A stretch of 21,863 bases of DNA from an uncultured bacterium (GCA_965369865.1 CBDURU010000056.1:1-21863); one strand, 5' to 3'; shown: positions 9,139 to 17,833, numbered from the stretch's first letter. Made by a program: numbers and translations. Notes: generated from the sequence alone by a model not told the origin.

Positions 9139-9144
9139 AGTGCG

Positions 9145-9320
9145 TCGCGATCGGTCTCCTGGCTCAGGGTCATCTTACCCACACCGGGCCTTCTCTCCGC
9201 CGTAGCCCCGAGTTTACGAGGGGCGAAGGCGGAAATGGCATTATCCGGGGGGAATCGCCAATACAGTTGCCGGACAGCTACGGAATCTCACCGTATTCCC
9301 GTGCATCGCGCACACTGTCG
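9145..9320 (-). ncRNA. Cobalamin (AdoCbl-class) riboswitch
   Basis: The minus strand reads GGGAA-TACGG TGAGATT CCGTA-GCTGTCCGGCAACTGTA...GCCATT...GAGAAGGC...GAGCCAGGAGACC (B12 box), in canonical order, directly upstream of a TonB-receptor operon. Confidence 0.9.
9196..9233. repeat. 38-bp imperfect palindrome (REP-like), copy B, inside the riboswitch aptamer
   Basis: TCCGCCGTAGCCCCGAGTTTACGAGGGGCGAAGGCGGA, lying between the GCCATT and GAGAAGGC riboswitch motifs. Confidence 0.85.
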
Positions 9321-9335
9321 TGATATGTCGTGGAA

Positions 9336-9364
9336 AGGATAACAGGGATGAAGAGGGTAGGCAA
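9336..9364 (-). promoter_or_regulatory. Sigma70-type promoter of the riboswitch leader
   Basis: Minus strand TTGCCT-N17-TATCCT with an extended -10 TG, ending just upstream of the riboswitch. Confidence 0.55.
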
Positions 9365-9433
9365 GTGGGAAGTTGTGCAGTTTCCCTTAGCTTTGCCAAC
9401 TTGACTAATAATACCGATTCCCAAGATATACTA

Positions 9434-10207
9434 TTAATTAATTTTCTGATGGACATGGTTAGTAATTCTTTCCCTGTTTACGGATATCGAAGAGTACAAC
9501 TTTCCGCAGACATCAGAGAACCGTGCCAGCACTTTGCCGTTTACCTGGGTCTGGTCCTCAAATACTCCAAGGGAATAGAAATCCGTGTACCATTTTTCTA
9601 GGTTTAATAGCGTGATTGTCGCAACACTAACTCTGTCATCATTGGGTAATGCAAACACAAATAACGGCTGTGCCATGCTGTTAACTCGACAGTCAACAGG
9701 ATATATTCCTTCTGGATCATGATTCGGATCATGCCAGTCAAAGTCCAGGCGATTGCTCGGAACCGTTTGAGAAATTAACTCTCGGAAATCGTCCATGAAC
9801 GTTGACCGGATTATCTCGCGTGACAGGTACGAAACATCAGTGATTTTCATTAAGGCTTGTATAAATGTGTAGAGGGCATCCCCAAACTGGTTCTCAGCGA
9901 TTCTGATCATTAATTCACCATCATGGTCTTCAACGCTGAAATAGTTCAACGCTGTATCAATAATCTTTTTCCTGTTACCCTTTCGAAGATCACGCTCTTC
10001 AATATCGTATGTCAGATGCATATATGTGTGGCCTTCATCGGTCAAAATCCAGTTGCCATTTTCTTGCTTCATTACAATCGCAAGATGATCTCCATCGCTG
10101 AAAAGGAACGGGGTGAACACGCGAAATCTATCAAGGCCTTCGCTTGATAGATGGATCTTTGCGCCCACTTTTTCCTGGAATTCCCTTTGTATCGTCTCCA
10201 TGCTCAT
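9434..10207 (-). CDS. DUF1828/DUF1829-like protein
   Basis: N-terminal [12 protein letters not shown].......W.LTDEG.T pattern and later F.DDF...I, YPVDCRVN, recognised by eye as typical of this family. Confidence 0.7.
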   Translation of the reverse strand: MSMETIQREFQEKVGAKIHLSSEGLDRFRVFTPFLFSDGDHLAIVMKQENGNWILTDEGHTYMHLTYDIEERDLRKGNRKKIIDTALNYFSVEDHDGELMIRIAENQFGDALYTFIQALMKITDVSYLSREIIRSTFMDDFRELISQTVPSNRLDFDWHDPNHDPEGIYPVDCRVNSMAQPLFVFALPNDDRVSVATITLLNLEKWYTDFYSLGVFEDQTQVNGKVLARFSDVCGKLYSSISVNRERITNHVHQKIN

Positions 10208-10219
10208 ATTCCAGCCTCC

Positions 10220-10693
10220 TTAAAATAGCTTCTGCTGGTCTTCATCCAGTAAAACGAAACTGCAATCTTCCAGCATGCATTTGAGGGCTGAGTGAAAATC
10301 AATATATTTGTCCGTAACTTCGGCATAAGTTTCCTCGTCTGCGCCAAGGTCCTGATATCTCTCGGTTGCCATGTGGATATGAAAGTCATAAAAGGTTTCA
10401 CATTCAATCGCATTTGTGTGCTGACCGTGTTTTCCATTATAACGGCAAAGCGTGAACAACTGGTTCGAATCTGCCGGTATCAGAACCAGGATAATCGAGA
10501 AATCCATCGGATTGGCATCTGATTGCCTAAGGATAAGCCTGTACTTATTACCGGTTACTCCATCCACATCATATCGTTTCTCCTTATGACCGCGTTTCGA
10601 GTTCAACCTTGGCAGAGCTGACAGATCATGGGGGAGCTTTTTTTGCTCGTTAATCATCTCCTCGATTTCAGTATCCATATATCTGACAGCCAT
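10220..10693 (-). CDS. DUF6978-like hypothetical protein, partner of the DUF1828-like gene
   Basis: L.RYNG.H..HTN...FHIH.ATERYQ His-rich motifs. SD GAGGG upstream, 12-nt gap to the downstream gene. Confidence 0.6.
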   Translation of the reverse strand: MAVRYMDTEIEEMINEQKKLPHDLSALPRLNSKRGHKEKRYDVDGVTGNKYRLILRQSDANPMDFSIILVLIPADSNQLFTLCRYNGKHGQHTNAIECETFYDFHIHMATERYQDLGADEETYAEVTDKYIDFHSALKCMLEDCSFVLLDEDQQKLF

Positions 10694-10718
10694 TGTTTAA
10701 TACCCTCACACTGCTTAT

Positions 10719-10747
10719 ATTATAATCCCTGATTGAATCCTTTTAAA
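10719..10747 (-). promoter_or_regulatory. Putative sigma70 promoter for the DUF6978/DUF1828 pair
   Basis: Minus strand TTTAAA-N17-TATAAT, 26 nt upstream of the start codon. Confidence 0.4.
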
Positions 10748-10867
10748 TACGCATCAAGCATGAAATTGCATTAATTATCCCTCATGCTAGCGCGAGTTCC
10801 AGAGTAGAGACAACATTGACAACACAGTATAGTATAGCAATCATGATGGATTATAGAAAATTAAACA

Positions 10868-11590
10868 ATGTCGAATAACTCCACAATCGAATGGACTTCC
10901 TCAACCTGGAATCCATGCACAGGTTGCTCTAAAACCTCCCCTGGATGTAAAAACTGCTACGCCGAGCGTATGTCGAAGCGCTTAAAAGCCATGGGCCAGC
11001 CGAACTACCGGGACGGTTTCGAAGTCCGCACTCACCCCCGAATGCTGGATATCCCACTCAGATTGAAAAAACCTCAAACCATTTTTGTAAATTCTATGAG
11101 TGATTTGTTCCACAAGAATATTCCGGCAGAATTTATCAGGGAAGTTTTCAACGTAATGGTCGAAGCACGGCAGCACCGGTTCCAGGTCCTTACAAAACGA
11201 TCCGGGAGGCTCCGTCAACTCAATAATTCACTCCCATGGGCTGACAACATCTGGATGGGTGTCAGTGTAGAAACACCGGATTACATGCATCGCATCGACG
11301 ACCTCAGGGAGACCGGCGCGGCAATAAAATTCCTTTCGCTCGAGCCTTTACTCGCACCATTGCCTGATCTCAACCTCGATCGAATCGATTGGGTAATTGT
11401 CGGAGGGGAATCCGGACCACATGCGCGACCGATAGAACCCGACTGGGTTATGGACATCCGCGATCAGTGCTTAAATGCCAGAGTGCCTTTCTTTTTCAAA
11501 CAGTGGGGCGGTACAAATAAGAAAAAAACCGGACGGGTTCTTGAGGGCAAATTATGGGATGAAATGCCGACAAATCCTTCCAGAGCTTAA
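10868..11590 (+). CDS. Phage Gp37/Gp68 (DUF5131) family radical-SAM-like protein
   Basis: IEWT..TWNP.TGC.K.SPGC.NCYA (Cx6Cx2C), IFVNSMSDLFH, FQVLTKR, FLSLEPLL, IDWVIVGGESG, FFFKQWGG. Confidence 0.92.
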   Translation: MSNNSTIEWTSSTWNPCTGCSKTSPGCKNCYAERMSKRLKAMGQPNYRDGFEVRTHPRMLDIPLRLKKPQTIFVNSMSDLFHKNIPAEFIREVFNVMVEARQHRFQVLTKRSGRLRQLNNSLPWADNIWMGVSVETPDYMHRIDDLRETGAAIKFLSLEPLLAPLPDLNLDRIDWVIVGGESGPHARPIEPDWVMDIRDQCLNARVPFFFKQWGGTNKKKTGRVLEGKLWDEMPTNPSRA

Positions 11591-11734
11591 ATCCCCTTTT
11601 TATTATTTCAATTTTTTCTTCCTTTTTTTGGTAAAATTTGGTATAGTATACGAAAATTCAGGTAATATTATTTTAGACAATCTTTACTATTCTTCAAAAA
11701 CCATTCTTTTACTCCTGATCCTTTGGAGGACGCG

Positions 11735-12394
11735 ATGGTAATTCGAAAACTCACCAATCGCCAGGAAGAAATCCACCGTTTCATTATCGGTTACATCCAG
11801 GACTACGAACGCCCGCCGACTATCCGCGATATCGCCGATAATTTCGGGTTCACCGTGAAAGGCGCGTACGACCACCTTCTCGCGCTCGAACGCAAGGGCT
11901 GGATCGAACGCGAAGGCAAACACTCAAGGGGGATCACTATCAAGGAATTTCCCGAAGGTCTGGAACATCTGAAACATCATCGTGAGTTGATGAAACAAGA
12001 CATCAGGGCGATCCCGCTCGTCGGACGAATCGCGGCCGGCGAACCTGACGCCGCGATTGAAACGAGCGATGAGAAATTCGTGATCGGCGGCACCTACCTG
12101 TCAGGGCAGGACCATTTCGCGCTGAAAGTTAATGGCGACAGCATGCAGGATGCCGGAATCCACCTCGGTGATATCGTGATCGTCCGAAAACAGGAAACCG
12201 CCAAGAATAATGACATCGTCGTGGCCATTATCGAAGGCATCGAGAGCGAAGCTACATTGAAGCGGTTCATTAAGGACGGAAACCGGATTATTCTCCGTCC
12301 CGAAAATCCGGTATATGAAGACATTCCCATTCCCGACCCGAGACAATTACAAATCAACGGTGTTGTTGTCGGGCTGTACCGCCCCATGCGGTAA
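11735..12394 (+). CDS. lexA: SOS repressor LexA
   Basis: wHTH LT.RQ..I...PPT.RDIA..FG.....HL.ALERKGWI...SRGI. Cleavage region IPLVGRIAAGEP, catalytic GDSM (Ser) and ATLKR (Lys). SD GGAGG before ATG 11735. Confidence 0.95.
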   Translation: MVIRKLTNRQEEIHRFIIGYIQDYERPPTIRDIADNFGFTVKGAYDHLLALERKGWIEREGKHSRGITIKEFPEGLEHLKHHRELMKQDIRAIPLVGRIAAGEPDAAIETSDEKFVIGGTYLSGQDHFALKVNGDSMQDAGIHLGDIVIVRKQETAKNNDIVVAIIEGIESEATLKRFIKDGNRIILRPENPVYEDIPIPDPRQLQINGVVVGLYRPMR

Positions 12395-12427
12395 AATTCC
12401 CGTCACTAAGTAGAATTCTGGAATTTC

Positions 12428-12456
12428 ATCCCTGCCTGACCGGCGGGGATTTTTTT
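12428..12456 (+). terminator. Intrinsic terminator after lexA
   Basis: ATCCCTGCC-TGACC-GGCGGGGAT stem followed by a T run, between convergent genes. Confidence 0.7.
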
Positions 12457-12478
12457 ATTAGTTTAAGAAATCCCTGCT

Positions 12479-13114
12479 CTATTCTGTTCCTGCCGGTGCA
12501 GCAGAAGCGGTTTCCAGAAGAAGTTCGAGATTGGTATAAGCATCAAGGTAATAATCGCGGATATCGAGTTCCTGCTCCTCGGTAATCCACCCGCTTACTT
12601 CCTCAAGCGCGGCCTCGAGCGCTTCCACCCAGCCATCCTCATATACAGGACCCAACGGGGATTCCATACGTCTTAGTCCCTCCGCGCAATTGTCCCTTGC
12701 CTCGAAATCATCGTTCCTGACATTTGCGGTCAACGCGTTGAGTGCCTCTACAGTCGAGAAGTTTCCCAGGTTGTAAAGCGCCTGTGCCGGATGGGTTTCG
12801 ATTGCGTCTATAAGCACCGGGACCGCCCTCGGATCTCCGGTCAGCCCAAGGAGCACCACCGCACCCATGACAACACTTTCGTGCCTGTATGCGTCCTCAG
12901 GATCGTGGTAATAAATTTCGATACAGGTGCAGACGATATCATCGTCCGACCAGATACCGAAAAATATCCCGTTATCCTCAGCGGTCAGCATCTGCCGAAT
13001 ATCAGCCTTCACCCCTGCGGTTGTCTCGCAGTCACCAGGAACCTGAGCTGCACCCGGCTGAATCAGGAGTGTAAAGATCAGGATTGTGAGGTAAGTCTTT
13101 ATTGTAAATCGCAT
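12479..13114 (-). CDS. Secreted HEAT/PBS-lyase-like repeat protein
   Basis: Signal peptide ending GAA-Q. Repeats AVVLLGLTGDPRAVPVLIDAI, ALYNLGNF...EALNAL, ARDNCAEGL. Confidence 0.65.
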   Translation of the reverse strand: MRFTIKTYLTILIFTLLIQPGAAQVPGDCETTAGVKADIRQMLTAEDNGIFFGIWSDDDIVCTCIEIYYHDPEDAYRHESVVMGAVVLLGLTGDPRAVPVLIDAIETHPAQALYNLGNFSTVEALNALTANVRNDDFEARDNCAEGLRRMESPLGPVYEDGWVEALEAALEEVSGWITEEQELDIRDYYLDAYTNLELLLETASAAPAGTE

Positions 13115-13164
13115 TTTAAAGCTCCGGAATCATGTTAATCGTGTAAATATTATTTTTTGATTTA

Positions 13165-16100
13165 TCAGAAATTGTTGGGATACCCAATGTGGAAGTACAT
13201 TAAATTTTCGATCTGGCTGTTAATCGGTGTGTTCGGAGTCTCCCATCCCGAATCGCTCAGAAAATAATCCTCCGGATCGTTCCAGTTCTGGACGCCCCAG
13301 TACATTAAATTACCGTATTGTTTGTCATTCTTGCTGCAATATGACCAGTTGGTGCCCGGCTGGCAGTAATCCTGAATGATCTGCCAGCAATAGCTGTAGC
13401 CGAGATCAAGAAGGTATATATCGTGGAAAATCCCAAGCGCATGACCGAGTTCGTGCGCGAGAACCCTGTTAATCGCGCCATCACGCATACTTATAAATGT
13501 GGAGTTATGAGTCTGGAACATCGGACGACAATCCATTCTTGCCCAGGCCAGGGCATTGGGTATATCCGGGAAAGAGTTTACATAGTAGACATTAACCGGC
13601 CCGCTTTTATCTCTGAACAGGGAATGGCATGTATATAACTCATTTACCGTTCCCGCGAGCCATGAAGTCCTGGCGATGTAGCTGATTTCCACCAGCGTAA
13701 TGGTCATGTCCCACCGGCTGTAGAATTCATTCGCCCAGTCCACATCATTTTGCACCCGCCACTCCGTTGTTGCGGGACTTGTGCCGTCGGTTGTCATGAT
13801 GATATGGGCGTGAATCGTAAAATCGTAATCGCCCATGCTTTCGACCATGATCTCAGTGGTAAGAGTGTATTGCTGGTCGCCGCCCCCGACCACCGGATGC
13901 GCAGCAACCTTTACGTAATAGATCCCTTCCTCAAGCTGCCCCAATGTGATCTGCTCGTCGTCCTGACCCGGGTCCGCGCTGAGTTTGATCGGTTCCCCGG
14001 ACGGATCGGTATAAAGGTATAGATCGTTATCCGCCGTCTGGCCGCTGGTTATGGTTATAAATCCCGATGCAATAGCGTTCTCTTCAATTGTGAACCGGTA
14101 CCAGTCGGGATCTGAAGGGAAACATACCGTGTCTGAAAGTTCAGTTTCAAAAGCGACTACGTCGGCTGTGAGATACGAATCATTCCCATCTCCGCTGGAG
14201 CAGATATAACCGGACGTATAAAGCTCTACATCCATGACGTATTCCCGGTCACCCTCAGGATCAGAGTCTAATGCTTCGAGTTCAACATAATGAATGCCGG
14301 GACCGAGTGCGGTTATAAATACATACTCATCCGTTGCACCGGTGTTGTCGCCCACATATGTAGCCGGTCCCGGGTACTCCTCGTAGATATAAACATCGAT
14401 ATTACCGAAGCTGTTGTTATGGAGGTAAATCGTACCCCCGGCGGTTTTATTCGGTGGTACGATTAACTTGTACCAGTCGCGAAGGTCCTGGCCGGCACAG
14501 ACAGAACCGGTGTAATTTCCAACAAGGCCGATCGGATCGGCGACATCGTAATCATTGTTCGTGTCAGTCGTGCAATCCCCACCAGGGAGATAGATATCAA
14601 GCGTCAGCATATAGGACTGGACATTTTCACCGGCGGTTTCTCCCAGTTGCACCGCGATATAATAAGTTCCGCTCTCGATGTTGCCCACGTCGATAATTTC
14701 AGTTACACCATTTGGGTTCATTGAAAATGCTATCGGGTCGCCAGGGCAGCCATCGTAAAGAATAAGGTCGTTATCGCTAAAAAGGAAATTGTCCAGTGTT
14801 ATTGTACCGATCATTACCTGTCCTGAAGGAATCGTGAATACGTAGAAATCAGATAAGTCGTTCGGTATACAGACAGCATTAACAATTGTGTCCTCCAAAT
14901 TTAATGGTACGGATGTGTCGCAGTTTACGTTTGTATCAGCTTCGCAATCCATCTGGCCGACTTCAATTTCAACAAAAGCGTATGCGGCAATATTCCCGGA
15001 AGGAGCCGCCTGGATACTTTGTTTCCATAATGTTCCCGGAGATGAGATTTCTATAAGCACCGGTTGTGTCCCGATTTTCGCAGCGTTTGCGTTTGCGGTC
15101 ACCGTGAGTGTAGTAAAATTCGACTTGTCGTTCAGCGTAACTGACGGGATGTCGAACTCAATATTCGGTGAGTACAGGCGGACGTCACCGATCTGGTCGC
15201 CGTAACTTCCGTTACTCCATCCCTGCCAGTCCCACACACTTATCGAAAGTTCAAGTTCACCTGCTCCGGCACCGCCATACTCCGTTCCAACAACCGATGT
15301 GTTCGTCACTACCGGCAGTACCAGGAACGGCTCTTCGGCATTTGCCTTTATTGGAAAATCATTCGGGATAATTACCGGCGGGTCGGGATCGGGTAGATCC
15401 CAACTGCAATCGACAGCATAATCGAAGTATAAAATCGGGCCGCCGCTCCATGGAAATTGTATCTTGTATTCACGCCGGTTTGTGTTTCCTGCCCTGAAAA
15501 CCGCCCGTCCGTTGGGATCCGTTAACGGGAGTAACGTTTGACCGATGATTTCCGTCTGTGACATTAACCCGTCGCCGAATAACTTGTACGGGTTAATCAT
15601 TGACGTTGGCGGACCGCCCGGACCTTCTATCGCGAAATTACCCTTAACATATCCGAGGAACCCCGCATCCGTGAATTCGGACGGGTTCCACCAGCGTGTA
15701 AACCCATCGGCATTTTGAACCTCGAGATCATTCGATCCTGGGAACCTTAACCCGCCTGCCTCCAGGCTTCCGTTCGAGAGAATAATCCCCTTGAGGTCGA
15801 ATGCCGTGAAAGTGGACATCCCTGGAAACGGGTGTGTGATCACCATGTCAATGACAAAGTACCCGATCCCGGGATTACTGCCGGGTTTCAACTCAAATGT
15901 GAGTTTCAGGGCATTATTCAGGGACTTGAGGATGTTGACATGAAGGTCGGCAGACCTGGCAGGCTCAGCCGAAATGGTGCCGTCCTCTTTATTTGCCGTA
16001 CAATGCCAGTAACCCCACTTGTACCTTGAGGTTCCCGTGTCGGATGTAATCTGTGCAAGCTCTGGTGGCGGGGATTTATCCAGGTCCGAGGGAGTTGTCG

Positions 16101-16173
16101 GGGAATAACCGCCTGAACAACCTGTCACTGCGAAAATAAAAACCGTTATGAAAATAAAAAGCTGATGGCGCAT
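13165..16173 (-). CDS. Large lipoprotein: N-terminal shared domain, three PPC-like repeats, C-terminal metzincin zinc metallopeptidase
   Basis: Lipobox AVTG-C. Three ~120-aa repeats (C..D.N....A...VC...D..DWY.F...D.DLYLY...E.I...G.YY). HELGHALGIFH (HExxHxxGxxH; HELGH at 13441-13455) and a downstream Met-turn GNLMYW. Confidence 0.8.
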   Translation of the reverse strand: MRHQLFIFITVFIFAVTGCSGGYSPTTPSDLDKSPPPELAQITSDTGTSRYKWGYWHCTANKEDGTISAEPARSADLHVNILKSLNNALKLTFELKPGSNPGIGYFVIDMVITHPFPGMSTFTAFDLKGIILSNGSLEAGGLRFPGSNDLEVQNADGFTRWWNPSEFTDAGFLGYVKGNFAIEGPGGPPTSMINPYKLFGDGLMSQTEIIGQTLLPLTDPNGRAVFRAGNTNRREYKIQFPWSGGPILYFDYAVDCSWDLPDPDPPVIIPNDFPIKANAEEPFLVLPVVTNTSVVGTEYGGAGAGELELSISVWDWQGWSNGSYGDQIGDVRLYSPNIEFDIPSVTLNDKSNFTTLTVTANANAAKIGTQPVLIEISSPGTLWKQSIQAAPSGNIAAYAFVEIEVGQMDCEADTNVNCDTSVPLNLEDTIVNAVCIPNDLSDFYVFTIPSGQVMIGTITLDNFLFSDNDLILYDGCPGDPIAFSMNPNGVTEIIDVGNIESGTYYIAVQLGETAGENVQSYMLTLDIYLPGGDCTTDTNNDYDVADPIGLVGNYTGSVCAGQDLRDWYKLIVPPNKTAGGTIYLHNNSFGNIDVYIYEEYPGPATYVGDNTGATDEYVFITALGPGIHYVELEALDSDPEGDREYVMDVELYTSGYICSSGDGNDSYLTADVVAFETELSDTVCFPSDPDWYRFTIEENAIASGFITITSGQTADNDLYLYTDPSGEPIKLSADPGQDDEQITLGQLEEGIYYVKVAAHPVVGGGDQQYTLTTEIMVESMGDYDFTIHAHIIMTTDGTSPATTEWRVQNDVDWANEFYSRWDMTITLVEISYIARTSWLAGTVNELYTCHSLFRDKSGPVNVYYVNSFPDIPNALAWARMDCRPMFQTHNSTFISMRDGAINRVLAHELGHALGIFHDIYLLDLGYSYCWQIIQDYCQPGTNWSYCSKNDKQYGNLMYWGVQNWNDPEDYFLSDSGWETPNTPINSQIENLMYFHIGYPNNF

Positions 16174-16439
16174 GGGTATACCTTTATATTTAAAATCTGA
16201 TATGAAAAATATCTAAGGGACACAAAATCACCGCACACCCTTGCGCGGCTCTCCGGATCAGTATCTATATTAATTATAGTTCAATTGGGTAAAAATTCAA
16301 GCGTTTACTTAACTAATGGCAAATATTTCGACGAGTTAATTATCAATTTATACCCAATCTTGATTCAGATACCAGAAATGGCAAATCAATGAAAATATTT
16401 TCCACAGGCACCTTTCCACCTGCCTTTTTGCAAACGGGG

Positions 16440-16469
16440 TTGACTATTCCATGGATATCCTGATATGCT
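16440..16469 (+). promoter_or_regulatory. Sigma70-type promoter for lgt
   Basis: TTGACT-N18-TATGCT with an extended -10 TG. Confidence 0.5.
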
Positions 16470-16558
16470 ACTTCATTCGAATGTCCGGGTAAAAACCGGA
16501 TATGGTTTTGTATGACCATAATCGATTCCCCGGCCAGGCTGGGTTATCGGAGGAAACT

Positions 16559-17833
16559 GTGTATAAGATTCTTTGGCCTTTCGGCAATCTGCAAATGAAT
16601 CCCCTGTACCTTACTTTGGTGGTTGTTGCCCTGCTTCTGCTGGCAATGGCTCAATCGTATGCCAGCGCCAAAAAAATGAAGATCGGTCCAGCCCTGATTC
16701 TCAGTTTCGGAGTCCTCGTTGTCGGGCTTGTTATTACCTATTTCATGTTTAATGCACTGTTCTCACAATATAACAGGCAGGACTACGTATTCGAGAACGT
16801 ATCGATCTACAGCTATGGATTCATGCTGATGCTGGCGTTTGTTTTCGGCACGATTTTCCTGGTCGTCCAGGGAAAGAAGGAAAAACCACCTGTTCCCATG
16901 GACACGATTCTCGACCTCATGGTGTTTATCATCATCGGTTCGATACTCGGTGCCCGTGCTGTTTATGTTGCAACGCAGCCAGGTGAGTTTGCAAACAATC
17001 CCGAAAATATTTTGAAAATTACCGAGGGAGGGTTATCTATCCACGGCGGGATTATCGGGGCGATGCTTTTTGGTTGGTTCTATGCGATGATCAAGGGGCT
17101 CAATTTCTGGAAAATAACCGATTTCATGATTGTCTCGCTGCCCCTGGGCCAGTTCTTAGGACGAATCGGCTGTTTTCTAAACGGCTGCTGCTTCGGAAAA
17201 GAATGCCGTGCTGACTTCCCGCTTGGCGTCACCTATCCGAACGCTGAAACCTGGGCTGACAGGGGATTTAACCAGAACCTTGCAAACCTTTATGACTCGG
17301 GTCTTGCGGCATTACCAAAAGTGGGAGAAACGTTACCTTTTGCACGGCATCCAGCTCCACTTTACGAGGCATTCGGAGTGCTTCTGATTTTCTGGTACCT
17401 CCTTAATTTCAGAAAAAATAAGGTCTTCACCGGACATGTGTTCCTGATGTACGTCGTTCTTTACTCCGTGCTCAGGTTCTTTGTCGAGGACTGGCGATTC
17501 GGGAATCCTACGGATGGCGAAGGTTCCGCTGTTGTCCTGTTTAATTTCATCACGGTAGCCCAATTGGCGAGTGTAATTCTCGCCGCTGCGGGAATTACCC
17601 TCATCTATGACCTGAAACGCCGGACCTTACTTGCCAAAATGCTCGTAAAAGGTGAGGATGAGGGAGAAACTGAGGAAGAAGTTCCGGATGTTGAGGGCGA
17701 AGCGGCCGATGTTGTTGTTGAGGATGAATCCTACACTGTGGAGCCTGAAGAACTTGATGAGGACCAAGGTAACAGTGATGAAACTGAAACCGGAGAGGAT
17801 CTATTGGATTTGTCCGGGGAAAAACCCGGGTAA
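16559..17833 (+). CDS. lgt: Prolipoprotein diacylglyceryl transferase
   Basis: IYSYGFM, ILGARAVYV, GGLSIHGG, LGRIGCFLNGCCFG, RHPAPLYE, YSVLRFFVEDWR. SD GGAGG precedes GTG 16559. Confidence 0.93.
   Translation: MYKILWPFGNLQMNPLYLTLVVVALLLLAMAQSYASAKKMKIGPALILSFGVLVVGLVITYFMFNALFSQYNRQDYVFENVSIYSYGFMLMLAFVFGTIFLVVQGKKEKPPVPMDTILDLMVFIIIGSILGARAVYVATQPGEFANNPENILKITEGGLSIHGGIIGAMLFGWFYAMIKGLNFWKITDFMIVSLPLGQFLGRIGCFLNGCCFGKECRADFPLGVTYPNAETWADRGFNQNLANLYDSGLAALPKVGETLPFARHPAPLYEAFGVLLIFWYLLNFRKNKVFTGHVFLMYVVLYSVLRFFVEDWRFGNPTDGEGSAVVLFNFITVAQLASVILAAAGITLIYDLKRRTLLAKMLVKGEDEGETEEEVPDVEGEAADVVVEDESYTVEPEELDEDQGNSDETETGEDLLDLSGEKPG

Noticed and set aside
9060..9456. ORFs and N-terminal extension across the riboswitch leader (9182 start, 9081-9323, 9241-9456)
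   Set aside because: The region is explained by the promoter, riboswitch and palindromes. The SD and lipoprotein signal support TTG 9059.
10816..10844. TTGACA as the -35 of the DUF5131 gene
   Set aside because: No convincing -10 at 16-18 nt spacing (AATCAT), so it was not called as a promoter.
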